NCBI GenBank assembly: GCA_951406725.2
Contig: OX597833.1
Span: 61,876,001-61,940,000 of the forward strand
Source of the DNA: Octopus vulgaris
Lineage: Eukaryota
Length of the DNA: 64,000 nucleotides
Direction: 5' to 3'
How positions within the stretch are numbered: position 1 is the first letter of the stretch; each line of letters opens with the position of its first letter. The notes under the pieces are model-generated. The model made no database searches. It was not told the origin of the DNA and was given only the letters and a program-made list of their open reading frames with translations. Of the stretch, positions 50,369-63,852 are shown in pieces. A program made the position numbers and the translations under genes.

Positions 50369-50784
50369 GTTATAGAATGACATATGACGACTACATATTT
50401 GTGTATGCATGCACGAACGTGTGTGTGTGTGTGTGTGTACATTACATATTTTATATTTTTTAATATTTTTATATATTTTTCATTTCATCTATATTTTTTC
50501 TTTGTTATTTCTCTCCCCCTTACCCAGCTATAAAAACCTTCCCCTCCTCATCCACAACCCATTTTCTTAATCTTTTCTCATTTCTTGCTCTTGTGGCAAA
50601 TAAGAAAGGCAGAAAACCGTTTTTCTCTCGTTTTTTTTTTCTCGTTTTTAAATTTTTTTGTACTTATTCTTTTCTTTTTCTTTTTTTTATTTTTGTCATA
50701 AATACAGAAAACCTGGAAACCTTTATCAAAGTTTGGTAAACTTATTTTGGCACTGACAGTCAATTACAGTTCTTAGTGTTTTAG

Positions 50785-52340
50785 GTAGTGGTGGTGGTGT
50801 GGGGTGTGCTGGAGGTGTGTATGTGTGTGTGGGTGGTGATGGTGATGACGTTAGGGTGTTAATGGTTGTGATAGTGTTGATGATGACGGTATGGTGCTTA
50901 TGATAGTGGTGGTGATTGTAATGGTGATGGTGTTGATGATAGTGAAAGTGGTGGTGGTGCTGGTGATGGTAACTGTGATTATGGAGGTGGTGTAATGGTG
51001 ATGGTGTTGATGATAGTGATAGTGGTAGTGGTGGTGGTTTTGGTGTTAGCAGTGGTTGTGGTATTGGTGATGGTAGCTGTGGTGGTGGTAGCTGAGGTGG
51101 TGCTGGTGCTGGTGGTAACTGAGGTGGTGCTGGTGATGGTGGTGGTAGTGGTGATGGTGTTGGTGGTGGTGGTTTTGATGTTAGTAGTGCTTGTGGTATT
51201 GGTGATGGTGGCCGTGGTGGTAGTGGTGTTGGTGATGATGGTGATGCTGTTAGGGAGGGTGTTGGTGGTAGTAGTGGTGGTGGTGGTTCTGATGTTGTTA
51301 GTGGTGGTGGTGGTGGTAGTGGTGGCTGTGAAATATATTCTGCCAGGAATCCCTCTAATAATGATTCCAGAATCTGTCTCCATTGAAATCCATTAAATCT
51401 GGCACAGAATGTCTGGGGTTTATATTGGTACCAGAATGGTAGCATCACCACCACCACCACCACCACCACTACCACTACCACCATCACCACTAACAACATT
51501 ACCAGCAACATATCCACCAACATCAAAACCACCTCTAACACTACCAACACTTCAACCATTACCACCACTACCACAACCACTACCACCACTACCACCACCA
51601 CCACTACCACCACCACCACCACCACCACCACCACCAACAACAACAACACTGTACCATGTTTCATACATTTTTTTATTGAGTTTTTATCCAAGTCTTTTTC
51701 GTGCCCACCACCATCAAAATTGTGCTTCCTCACTTTTATTTCTATTTCTTTATCATTTAACTGATTTTTCTCACTTCAAACCCCTGACTGTTCCATTTAA
51801 GTAACCTAAAAGACTGTTGCTGATGTTGTTCTTGCTGATGCTGATGTTGTTGTTGCTGCTGTTGTTGTTGTTGTTGTTCCAAGATAGAGATGAGTTCTGG
51901 CTGAAGTATTGCCATATGTTCCAGTTTAATTCTTCTTTGTTGTTGATGAAGGTAAGAAGAAGGAGGAGAAGAGGAAGAAGAAGAAGAAGAAGAAGAAGAA
52001 GAAAAAGATGAAGAAGAAGAAAAAGAAGAAGAAGAAAAAGAAGAAGATGAAGTAGAAGAAGAAGAAGAAGAAGAAGAAGAAGAAGAGAAGAAGAAGAAGA
52101 AGAAGAAGAAGAAGAAGAAGAAGAAGAAGGAGAAGAAGAAGAGAAGAAGAAGAAGAAGAAGAAGAAGAAGAAGAAGAAGAAGAAGAAGAAGAAGAAGAAG
52201 AAGAAGAAGAAGAAGAAGAAAAAAGAAGAAGAGGAAAACGAAGAAGAAGAAGAAAACGATGACGAAGAAGAAGAAGAACAACAACAACAACAAAATAATA
52301 ATAATAATGATAATAACAACAACAACAACAACAACAATAA
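50785..52340. repeat. Degenerate (GGT)n, (ACC)n, (GTT)n and (GAA)n trinucleotide arrays
   Basis: Seen directly; source of poly-V/P/T/S ORFs. Confidence 0.9.
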
Positions 52341-52609
52341 TGATGAATAAAAGGGTTAGAAAAACCAAAGTGGCAATGCAATGATGAAGCAAAAGAACAC
52401 TCACATGTATGTATAAACTGTATGTGTATGTATATATAAATATGTGTGTGTGTGTGTGTATGTATATTATTGTGTATGTATATATGTATGCAAGCATCTT
52501 TGTGCATACCTAAAGTTTAACTTAAATTGGCATCAGAATTTTCCAGTGTCATTCTCCCTATTCCCACCCCCCAGCCCCACCGAACCACCAACTCCGCTCC
52601 CTCACATTT

Positions 52610-52645
<36 letters not shown>

Positions 52646-53178
52646 TCTCTCTCTCCTTTCCCTGAGGTACCAGAAACCTTCTGGTATTCATCAACATCCC
52701 TTTTGTGTTCAAACTCTGAATCCCACCAAGGGGACCTTTTTGCCTCCCATTTTTGGGAGGTCGCTCTAAAATAAACCTGCAGCCAAGCAGTGCAGTCAAT
52801 TTAATCAACTGCTCCCCACCCCCATCACCACCACCACCACCACCACCACCGCCACCATGACCACCACCACTAAATTTATGGCATCATGTCAAATTGAAGA
52901 ATAATTATTGCTGTCAGGATTCCTTTCGTTAAGGCGATGAGCTGGCAGAATCGTTAGCACTCAGTGGAAATACTTAGCACCATTTGTTCTGGCTTTATGC
53001 TCTGAGGTCAAATTCCACCAAGGTCAGCTTTGCCTTTTGTACTTTTGGGGTCGATAAAATAAGTACCAGTTGATCACTGGGCAATAGGGTTGATGTAATC
53101 AACTTCCTCCCACCAAAATTGTTGGCCTTGTGCCAAAAGTTAGAGAGAATTATTATTATCATTATTATTATTATTATT

Positions 53179-53600
53179 CAGTAGCTTTATTTTTATGGCG
53201 TGCTTTCACTTCACTACCAAGCGCAGCTCTGTGTGCCTTGGGTATGTGCTGTGATTTGTTGTGATGCTCTGATGGTTATTGTATGGAAAGTGTTTTGCGT
53301 AGGATGTGTGCAGTGCCCAGTAGTGCAATTTTCTGTATGTTATATGTGTTTGTAAGTCCTGGTGTTTTTGTTATGTATTTGTCTGAATATTCTTTTATCA
53401 TACCTAATGTGCTTACTATGATAGGAATTGTTTCCGTTTTTAGATTCCACATTCTGGTTACCTCTATTTCCAGGTCTTTGTATTTTGAAAGTTTCTCCAT
53501 TTCTTTTAGAGACACGTTGTCATCTGCTGGTATTGATACATCAATTAGAAAGCATTTTTTTTTCGTCATGATCTCTGACAACTATATCTGGTCTGTTGGC
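53179..53600 (-). mobile_element. 5'-truncated R4/Dong-clade LINE inserted in (TAA)n
   Basis: ANRPDIVV..KCFLIDVSIPADDNVSLKEMEKLSKYKDLEIEVTRMW...IQKIALLGTAHILRKTLS*, a short 3'UTR, and (TAA)n on both flanks. Confidence 0.9.
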
Positions 53601-53666
<66 letters not shown>

Positions 53667-53669
<3 letters not shown>

Positions 53670-54050
53670 GGTGGTGAGCTGGCAGAATCATTAGTATGCT
53701 GGGTGAAAAGCTTAGCTGTATTTTGTCAGATTTTACATTCTGAGTTCAAATTCTGCCGAGGTCAACTTATATGTATGAGTGTGTGATTGCGAGTGTATTT
53801 TCAGTTAATGTTGTCTTCTGTCTTAAATATTGTGTCACCTGACTTCACTGTCTGTCTGTGTGTGTGTTGAATACGTTAAGACAAGCTTAATTGCTGAGTA
53901 AGATGTCTTGTCAAGTGTCAGTGCTCTTCAAGGGGTGAGTAAGATGTCAAGTATGAATGAATGTTACTCATGCACTGAGTAAGGCGTCTCATCATGTATG
54001 AATGAGTGTTCCTCAGGTCTTGAGTAAGACGTCTTGTCAAGTGTGAGTGT
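53667..54050 (+). repeat. ~390-bp block (SINE head plus TGAGTAAG minisatellite) duplicated at 57533-57920
   Basis: Direct high-identity duplicate sharing the same SINE truncation junction. Confidence 0.85.
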
Positions 54051-55002
54051 TCCTCATGCGATAATTTTAAGCCACAAACTGGACACCGTCCAAGACAAGG
54101 ACATTTCTGTTTTGGTATCTTTCTAAATGTTGCTCTCTCATCATCATCATTTAATGTCCCCCTTCCCTGCTGGCATGGGTTGGACAGTTCAACAGGAACC
54201 AACCAGGCAGGAACCCGTACCAGATTTTTGTGTCTGTTCTGGCAGGGATTTTATGGCTGGATGCTCTTCCTAACACCAACCACCCGACAGGGTGGACTGA
54301 ATTCTTTTTGCATGGCACTAGCACAGGTAAGGTCAGTTTTGGCATGGTTTTCACAGCCAGATGTCCTTCCAACCACTTTACAGTGTGGACTGGATGCTTT
54401 TTATGTGGCATCAGCACTGGCTGGGTCACCAAGCAACTCATAAGACAAAGCTCCTTTGAGAGGGGCGGGAGTACTGGAAGAAGTGATCATCATCATCATT
54501 GTCATTTTAATTTCCACTTTTCCATGCTTACATAGACTGGACAAAATTTGTCAAGGCAGATTTTCTATGGCCAGATAGCCATCTTGTCACCAGCCCTCAC
54601 CTGTTTCCAAGGAAAGTAATATTTCACCTTGTCCAGATATGTTTTCATTGAAGATTGGAAACAAACAACACCGCTTGCATGATGGTGATACTTGTTTACA
54701 GCTGTCAAGGCAAGGAGACCATAACACACACAAGCATATACATACATACACACACACATATATGTATATGTATATATATTTATATATAATGCTCTTAGCT
54801 TAGTTTTTCTTTGGGGCTGGCCAGATTGAAGCAATCTCAAGAATAATCAGCTGAAATTGTGAGGATAATCTGGTTCTTGACTGAAGAAAGGAAACTTTGA
54901 ATGACCCATCCTTGTTTTTTTTTGTATAGTCTTTCTGGATGTTTTGTTGTCCCCTTTTTGTCCACTAGTTGTCCGGATGTTTTGCGTTCTTGTCCCATTT
55001 TG

Positions 55003-55045
<43 letters not shown>

Positions 55046-55374
55046 CAGGTTTCTTTCAGTTTCCATCTTCCAAATTCACTCAGAAGACTCTGGCTAAGAC
55101 AATGGTGAAAGATACTCACCCAAGCTGCCATGTGGTTGGCAAGCAAACTTTTCACCACTCAGTGATATCTGCACCCTAATTTAATTGGTAGAGATATTAT
55201 CCCAAGCTTTTTTTTTTGGTGAGAAGTCTCTTCAGATCTCTAGAATCTTTCTTAGGCTTCCTGCCTGATGTCTGGACATGTAACCTCTTTTGAGAGTAGG
55301 GCTACTTCATGCTGGAGGCACACACACACACAAATATACACATACAGAGAGAAAGAGAGAGAGAGATTCTTTCT

Positions 55375-55781
55375 TTTTATTCTTTTACTTGTTTCAGTCA
55401 TTAGACTGCAGCCATGCTGGAGCACCAGCACCGCCATTAGTCGATCAGATCGACCCCAGAACTTATTCTTTGTAAGCCTAGTACTTATTCTATCGGTCTC
55501 TTTTGCCGAACAACTAAGTTATGGGGACGTAAACACACCAGCATCGGTTGTCAAGTGATGTTGGGGGGACAAACACATACACACACACACACATATATAT
55601 ATACATATACATATATACGACGGGCTTCTTTCAGTTTCCATCTACCAAATCCATTCACAAGGCTTTGGTCGGCCTAAGGCTATAGTAGAAGACACTTGCT
55701 CAAGGTGTCACGCAGTGGGACTGAACCCGGAACCATGTGGCTGGTAAGCAAGCTACTTACCACACAGCCACTCCTGCACCT
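55375..55781 (-). mobile_element. CORE-type SINE, full length
   Basis: Same family as 3335-3996. Confidence 0.9.
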
Positions 55782-56257
55782 ATTTACAATTTATTAATTG
55801 AACACAATTGACGAAAACCACTTTGCCCTCTTCTCTTACACAGAGAAAAATATTCTCTCACACACATGGAGAGAGAGATGGATAAGGGGTGCAAACATGA
55901 GAAACATTAAAATATCTGACAACAAATAAGAAAGCTTTGAATCAGCGGCACCAAATAAGCATTGCCAAAACTCTTACACAACAACACATACCTCAATTCC
56001 ATTATCTTTCAGTCCCCTCAGTAGCAGTTTAGTTGTTGTGCCAAGATCACCAATTACCAAAGGAATATATCATACCCCAATGTTCCACAATCTCTCTTCC
56101 TTTCTCATTCATACGATGCTCTCTTTGCCTCTCCGTTTCATCTTTCTTATTGTCATTACTTTCAAACTCCCTCCAGTCAGGGCTGTTACTCTCACTACTT
56201 CTCCTTCACTGTATTAGTATTTCATCTCCTCTCCCTTCACGTCTCACTCAATATATA

Positions 56258-56910
56258 TATACTCTTTACTCTTTTTACTTGTTTCAATTATTTTGACTGC
56301 GGCCATGCTGGAGCACCGCCTTTAATCGAGCAACTCAACCCCGGGACTTATTCTTTGTAAGCCCAGTACTTATTCTATCGGTCTCTTTTGTCGAACCGCT
56401 AAGTAACGGGGACATAAACACACCAGCATCGGTTGTTAAGCAATGCTAGGGGGACAAACACAGACACACAAACATACATATATATATACATAGGGTGGCA
56501 AACTGGCAGACACGTTAGCACGCCGATCGTAATGCTTAACAGTATTTTGTCTGCCACTACGTTCTGAGTTCAAATTCTGTTGAGGTCGACTTTGCCTTTC
56601 ATCCTTTCGGGGTCGATAAATAAAGTGCCAGTTTCGCACTGGGGTCTATGTAACCGACTTAATCCCTTTGTCTGTCATTGTTTGTCCCCTCTATGTTTAG
56701 CCCCTTGTGGGCAATAAAGAAATATATATATATATATATATACATATATACGACGGGCTTCTTTCAGTTTCCGTCTACCAAATCCACTCACAAGACTCTG
56801 GTCAGCCTGAGGCTGTAGTAGAAGATATTTGCCGAAGGTGTCACACAGTGGGACTGAACCTGGAACCATGCGGTTGGTAAACAAGCTACTTACCACAAAG
56901 CCACTCCTGT
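56258..56910 (-). mobile_element. CORE-type SINE with a Meta-domain-like SINE (+, 56493-56722) nested in its internal TA tract
   Basis: The host SINE halves rejoin across the nested copy. Confidence 0.9.
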
Positions 56911-57114
56911 GCCAAATATATACATATTTGGATTATTTTTCCATTTGAGAGTGGTCAGGTTCATTTTTAATATTTTCATTTGTGAGAGCAATTCAGTTTA
57001 TTTCAGATATTCTCATTTTAAAAACCATCTCCAGCTAATCGTTGAGAAGACGTTGGTGTTGCCTTGGCGGAGGTTTACACTCTGTCAGTGCTCTTGTTGT
57101 TATTATTATTATTA

Positions 57115-58445
57115 AGGTGGTGAGCTGGCAGAATTGTTAGCACGCCGGGCAAAATGCTTTGCGGTATTTCATCTGCTGTTACGTTCTGAGTCAAATTCCG
57201 CCGAGGCCGACTTTGCCTTTCATCCTTTCAGGGTCGATTAAATAAGTACCAGTTACGCACTGGAGTCGATATAATCGACTTAATCCCTTTGTCTGTCCCC
57301 TCTATGTTTAGCCCCTTTTGGGCAATAAAGAAACAAGAATCGTTAGCAAGTTGGACAAATGCTTAGCAGTATTTCACCTATTGCTACTTTCTGAGTTCAA
57401 ATTCCACCAAAGTTGACTTTGCCTTTCATCCTTCCAGGGTTGATAAATTAAATACCAGTGAAACACTGAGGACAATGTAATCGACTAGTCCCCTCCCCTG
57501 ACCCAAATTATTATTATTATTATTATTATTATTAAGGTGGTGAGCTGGCAGAATCATTAGTATGCTGGGTGAAAAGCTTAGCTGTATTTTGTCGGATTTT
57601 ACATTCTGAGTTCAAATTCTGCCTAGGTCAACTTATATGTATGAGTGTGTGATTGCGAGTGTATTTTCAGTTAGATTGTTAATGTTGTCTTCTGTCTTAA
57701 ATATCGTATCACCTGACTTCACTGTCTGCATGTGTGTTGAATACATTAACACAAGCTTAATTGCTGAGTAAGACGTCTTGTCAAGTGTCGGTGCTCTTCA
57801 TGGGGTGAGTAAGATGTCAAGTATGAATGAATGTTACTCATGCACTGAGTAAGGTGTCTCATCATGTATGAATGAGTGTTCCTCAGGTCTTGAGTAAGAC
57901 GTCTTGTCAAGTGTGAGTGTAGAAAGGATTATGATTATCAAGGTGGCAAGTTGGCAGAATCGTTAGCGTGCTGGACAAATGCTTAGCAGTATTTTACCTG
58001 TCACTACGTTCTGAGTTCAAATTCTGCTGAGGTTGACTTTGCCTTTCATTCTTTCAGGGTCAATAAATTAAGTACCAGTTACACACTGGGGTCGATATAA
58101 TCGACTAGTCCCTTGTCTATTGTTACTTTCCGAGTTCAAATTCCGCTGTGGTTGACTTTGCCTTTCATTCTTTCGGGACCGAAAAATTAAGTACCAGTGA
58201 AACACTGGGGTCGATGAAATCGACTCATACCCCTCCCCACAAATATGAGGCCTTGTGCCTCCAGTAGAAAGGATTATTGTTATTATTATTAGCATTTCTT
58301 CTGGTTTTTCCATTCTGAGATCAAATACTGCTGAGGTCGACTTTGTCTTTCATCTTTTCAGGGTCAATAAAATAAGTACCAATTGAGGACTGGGGTTTTT
58401 GTTATAAATTAGCCCCTCCCCTCAAAAGTTCAATCCTTGTGCCTA
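57115..58445 (+). mobile_element. Head-to-tail array of about six full or partial Meta-domain-like SINEs
   Basis: Repeated TTCTGAGTTCAAATTC...GCCTTTCATCCTTTC units, all on +, often joined at ATT repeats. Confidence 0.85.
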
Positions 58446-58446
58446 C

Positions 58447-58715
58447 ATCATCATCATCGTTTAACATCCGTTTTCCGCGCTAGCATGGGTTGGACGGTTC
58501 GACCGGGGTCTGGGAAGCCAGGGGCTGCACCAGGCTCCAGTCTGATCTGGCAATGTTTCTACAGCTGGATGCCCTTCCTAACGCCAACCACTCCGCGAGT
58601 GTAGTGGTGCTTTTTACATGCCACCTGCATAGGTGCCAGGGGAGTCTGGCATCGGCCACGATCGGTTGATGCTTTTAACGGGCCACCGGCACGGAAGCCA
58701 GTCAAGGCGGCGCTG
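58447..58715 (-). mobile_element. Retroposon 3' ends with a CCATGCTAGCATGG-type hairpin and (TGA)n tail (RTE-like)
   Basis: Also at ~54140, ~54490, ~61823-62180 and ~63205-63460; the RTE assignment is inferred from the tail type. Confidence 0.6.
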
Positions 58716-59613
58716 AAAGAATTATTATTATTATTATTACTTTAGAAGAGAAAACAAGATATTGAAATACTCCCTAATGAGTTAGTGTGAATAATTCTTT
58801 AATGAGTTGATGGATTAATGAGAAATAATCATGGAATTGTGATACTTGTTTGTTACAATGATTATAAAATTACAAAAGTGGATTAAAAATTCAAGCAGGT
58901 GGAAAGAACAAGAGAGAGAGAGAGAGAGAGACAGGCAGAGAGACAGAGAGAGAAAAGCTATTGTCTTCACAAGCGTTGCTGAATCCTTTATCTGGTTTAA
59001 CACTCCTAATACCCCCCAGGGTCCTTGATTAGTTTTTGTGGCGGCATCCACTCTGTCGGATGTATTGCATCCACATCTCTCTGATCTAAGGATAAGTAAC
59101 CCGTGCTGCACCCTATTATACTAAACTAGGGGTAAGGGCTCCCACCCATCTCGGTCGTAGAGTCTCTTACCATCATCCCTGTTTAACATCTGTTTCCCAT
59201 GATGAAATGGGTCGGCTGGTTTAAACGGAAGCTGATGAGCCGGAGGGCTGCGCCAAGCTCCAAATATCTGCTTTGGTATGATTCGTATGGCTGGATAACC
59301 TTCCCAACACTGACTACTTCGTAGTGAGTACAGAGTGCTTTTTTATGTAACACTGGCCGAGGTCACCAAGTAACTTGCAAGTAAAGACCACCACAACTGA
59401 GAGGCGGTGGGGGGGAGGTGATGTAGTAATGAGGGATGTGGCATCATGCCAGTGGATGAGAATCACCAACCTCCCTTCTTCTTCTTCTTTTAACTGTGCC
59501 ATTGACTAAAAACAAAATTATTTCAGAAACTACATTAATATTAAAAATGTTATTGCTGGCTGAATCGGTAGAGCATTAAATAAAATGATTAGTGGTATTC
59601 AGTCACTACAAAA

Positions 59614-59844
59614 GGCGGCGAGCTAGCAGAAGCATTAGCACACCGGGCGAAATGCTTTGCGGTACTTCGTCTGCCGTTACGTTGTGAGTTCAAATTCCGC
59701 CGAGGTCGACTTTGCCTTTCGTCCTTTCGGGGTCGATAAATTAAGTACCAGTTACGCACTGGGGTCGATGTAATCGACATAATACCTATGTCTGTCCTTG
59801 TTTGTCCCCTCTATGTTTAGCCCCTTGTGGGTAATAAAGAAATA
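59614..59844 (+). mobile_element. Meta-domain-like tRNA SINE, full length
   Basis: 16-bp TSD ggtattcagtcactac (59594-59609 and 59845-59860). Confidence 0.92.
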
Positions 59845-60937
59845 GGTATTCAGTCACTACCATTAACATACTGAGATCTATTCCTGGCCATGCTGACTCC
59901 TTCTTTCATCCTGCTGATGCTCAATAAACCCAGTACCAGTCATACACTGGGGAGGCCAATATAGGCAATCACACCCCTTACCCACCAACTCACCAAAACT
60001 ATGTGACCATGTGCCTATGATATTATTATGAAACAAACAATTATTATTATCATAATTAATTATTATTCTTTCATTATTATTATTAACCCATTAGCATTCA
60101 GATTACGTGGGGATCTCATATCAAGATAAACAACACATGACCTTGCAGGTGGGGCCCAGTTAGTATTTTCTTCTGGTCGAATAGCCCAACTTGCTCAAAT
60201 AGTCCCTGAATAAGGGTTGTTTAAGGATGTAGAACGAAACACCCATGCTTCCAGAGGTGAATTATTCAGACCCCAAAGAATCCCTCTCAACACACGGCCA
60301 TAATGCTCCCCCACTACTTCTGCTCGTGATCAGAGATGCACATATCGTCAGCCACTAAGGGACATGCTCGACTGGTTAAGGTCAAACAACTGACAAGCAA
60401 ATCTGTGGTATTGAGCAGAATATTTGCTGTAGCTATTATTATTATTATTATCATTATTATGCATGCTAAGGCGGTGTGCTGGCAGAATCTTTAGCATGCC
60501 AGCCAAAATGCTTAGCAGTATTTCATCTGCAGTGATGGTCTGAGTTCAAATTCTGCTAAGGATAGCTTTGCCTTTCATCTTTTCGGGGTCGATAAATTAA
60601 GTGCCACTGAAACACTGAGGGTGATGTAATCGCCCAGTCCGCTCCCCCAAATTTCAGGCCTTGGCCTATAGTAGAAAGGCTTATGCAAACATAAAACCTA
60701 AATAAACAAAGACAATAACGAAAGATAAAGATGTTGGGAGAGTGGGGGGGGAGGGGAGTTGAAAGTTTTCTGCTGTTGTTTTGAAACAACGAAAACTTCT
60801 TTTGTCTGGAAATAATGAAAGATAAGAACAAAAAAAAAATATTGTTAAGATTTGTGCCATGAAGAGAACTTCAAGCAGAGATAGTAAGACCACTACTACT
60901 ACTACTACTACTACTAGAAGAAGAAGACGAAGAGGAG

Positions 60938-60970
<33 letters not shown>

Positions 60971-61374
60971 TTGCTGCTGCTACTACTAGTGTATCAATCA
61001 TTGGCAGGAAGTTGGTAATGTGTTTCAACAAAACTTAGTGTCACAGAGAAGACTTCAAACTTTTTTTCTCAAGTATCATCAATTTGGGACCAACAAGATG
61101 ATCCCACCCTCATCCCCTCCACTCACACACACACACCACATCGGCCTCATCCTCTTCCTCCCCCCCACTCCTTCTCCTCCTCTTCATGTCCATCCCCCAC
61201 CTGCTCCCGTACACCCCCCACTGTCGTCCCCACTTTCTCTTGCTGTCCACTTCTCCTTCGTGCCTTTTTCTCAAGCACTTCCACCACCATCTTCCTCTCT
61301 CTCTCTCTCTTTCTTTCTCTCTTGCTACTTGTGTATCACCGATGTCATCATTGTCGTTGTCGTCGTCATCGTCA

Positions 61375-61491
61375 TCATAAGTACAATTTGGCCAGTGAAC
61401 GAAGGAAGTTGTTCTTGCGATGCTGAGTTGCTTCTTGCAGAATGTCTTCAGGGTTGCAGACATTCAAATCCATCTGGCCCAGAGCTTTCAT
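61375..61491 (-). CDS. Putative terminal coding exon of a gene lying to the right of the window
   Basis: Strong acceptor tttcttttctttattgttgttgtttcAG. The phase-0 reading is MKALGQMDLNVCNPEDILQEATQHRKNNFLRSLAKLYL*; an alternative phase gives (D)ESSGPDGFECLQP*. Followed by microsatellite-rich 3'UTR-like sequence. Confidence 0.6.
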   Translation of the reverse strand: MKALGQMDLNVCNPEDILQEATQHRKNNFLRSLAKLYL

Positions 61492-62729
61492 CTGAAACAA
61501 CAACAATAAAGAAAAAGAAATTAAAATAAAACATTTCACTAAAAACAAGACAAAAAAAAAGGAAATCAAAGGAAAAAAATTAAAATAAAATGTTTCGTTA
61601 AAATCAAGAATAAAAAGAAAAAGGAATTCAATGGAAAAAAAATTTAGAAACGGACGTTTTTCAAAAGAAATAATGACAAAGCTACAGCTTGGCCACAGCC
61701 TTTGGCACAAAAAATAAAGAATAATATTAATAACATTGAGACTGACAGCTTTAAAGAATTTGCCTTTTAATTAAAACTTCAAACGCCAACATAATAAGGA
61801 GCAGTTGGTAAATTAGCTAAATATCATCATCATCATCGTTTAGCGTCCGCTTTCCATGCTAGCATGGGTTGGACGGTTCAACTGGGGTCTGGGAAGCCAG
61901 AAGGCTGCATCAGGCCCAGTCTGATCTGGCAATGTTTCTACGGCTAGATGCCCTTCCTAACGCCAACCACTCCATATCATTTAATGTCCATTGTCCATGC
62001 TAGCATGGGTTGGACGGTTTGAGCAGAGCTGGCAGGCTGGGGAACTGCACCAGACCCCAGTCGTGGTTTCTACGGCTGGATGCCCTTCCTAAAGCCAACC
62101 ATTTTACAGAGTGTGCTGGGTGCTTTTATTTGGCACCACATGGGAATTTCCACATGGCACTGCACGGGTGCTTTTAAGTGGCACCATCGTAAGTGCTAAT
62201 GTACATACGATGGTGAAATCTTTACACACTTATATCTTGTAAAGGTTTCACTGCTCAATATATATACCATTTAGGTCAACAGCAGTGTGTGTGTGTGTAA
62301 TGCTATCGCTAACCACCCAATTGTGAAACACGGAACAAAAACCGTTTGTGAGTTGAAATTATTCAAGGAAACAGATGGCAAATAAAAATGGAAAAAAAAT
62401 CTCCCTCGGGGAAAAAAGGCATTTGAAATCTAAATCAAGTAAGGGAGATAACTTTAATAACGTAAGTTGATCGAATATTTGGACAAATAAGACACTGGAG
62501 ATTGGAGGCGTTCAGGAGAGTTATGTCCCTTGTTGATGACTAAACAAAAATAATTGTTGCAAGGGTTTCGACTAATGACTCCGCAATCGATATAACCCTT
62601 AGACCAGGGGTCCCTTATCACCGGGCCGCACAGAAAGAATAAATTTTTAAAACTCTATTTCTGTTTTATTATTTGTCGCAGTTTGCGGTGTGCTTTTTCA
62701 GTGAGTATATATATACATATGCACATGTG

Positions 62730-62770
<41 letters not shown>

Positions 62771-62777
62771 GTGCTCA

Positions 62778-63197
62778 TAAAGGATGCGATGGGTAAATTG
62801 TCGCAATTTTATATTTTAATTTCGTGCATGCATATTGTTTGTTTTTGATTTTGTCGACTGCACAGTATAGTAGGGTCAGTTGGGCACCGTCTGTGAGAAA
62901 AACGGCACCAAGGCACAATTCAGTCTGCCAGAAATTTGGAAACAACATGCTGTACTGCTTGGCATTCATGCTGGAAGCTCCAATATGAATATTTCAGAAT
63001 GTTTGAGTGTCAATCTGAGGACATTTACCAAGAGTGAAAAAAAAATCAAACATCCCGTCAGCATCATGGTGTTTGGACTAATCACTAGTAATGGCAACGT
63101 TTATGCCCCCATACATCTTCCCACACAGCCTCAGACTCAAAACGGGGACCTACATCAAGTGCCTGGAGGAAGTAGTGCTGCCCTGGGACAAGAGGGT
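62778..63197 (+). mobile_element. maT/DD37D-type transposon, second deleted copy
   Basis: Homologous to 23490-23920; KHPVSIMVFGLITSNG; has a similar internal deletion. Confidence 0.8.
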
Positions 63198-63852
63198 GTC
63201 ATGTATCATCATCATCATCATTTAACGTCCGCTTTCCATGCTGACATGGGTTGGACGGTTCAACTGGGATCTGGGAAGCCAGAAGGCTGCACCAGGCTCC
63301 AGACTGATCTGGCAGTGTTTCTACAGCTGGATGCCCTTCCTAACGCCAACCACTCTGTGAGTGTAGTGGGTGCTTTTTACGTGCCACCGGCACAGATGCC
63401 AGAGGAGTCTGGCAAACGGCCACGATCGGATAGTGCATCTTACATGCCACCGGCATGGCATAATACAATAATGGTGATGTTCTTAACTGTTATATGGGAA
63501 TGTAAATATGTTGGGAAATTGTTTTTGTTATATGTTATTCTGTGTTCTGAATAATTTTTATTTTAATAAATGTTGCTTACTGCAAGTTATGGATGATTCT
63601 TTTATGACTTCATTGCTTTCAGGCTTAGCTTAAGGTATTTTCACGCCCGACATCACAAAATGTGTCTGAATAAACATTGCCGGACAGCAAATATAGAGAC
63701 TCGGACATTGCTGAGAAAATATTTTTCATTTTTAACCTCGTATATAGTACGCACTAGGGGTTTTGACCTTTAAATTTTGGGGAAAAAATGCGGATTATAC
63801 TTGAGGATTTACGGTAATGTCTTATTTTTCTCCTCCGTTTTATTTTGACATA

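Noticed and set aside
50726-51733. 335-aa Val/Pro-rich ORF and the overlapping Thr-rich mucin-like ORF
   Set aside because: Built from opposed (GGT)n/(ACC)n arrays; the short unique middle has no recognisable motif or convincing splice sites.
51883-51957. Possible plus-strand mini-exon (DRDEFWLKYCHMFQFNSSLLLMK|GTAAGA) or minus-strand poly-Q peptide
   Set aside because: The splice-like signals lie at microsatellite edges and no partner exons were found.
53890-54060. CRISPR-like spacing of TGAGTAAG repeats
   Set aside because: The 'spacers' are homologous to each other, the context is eukaryotic and there are no cas genes; it is a minisatellite.
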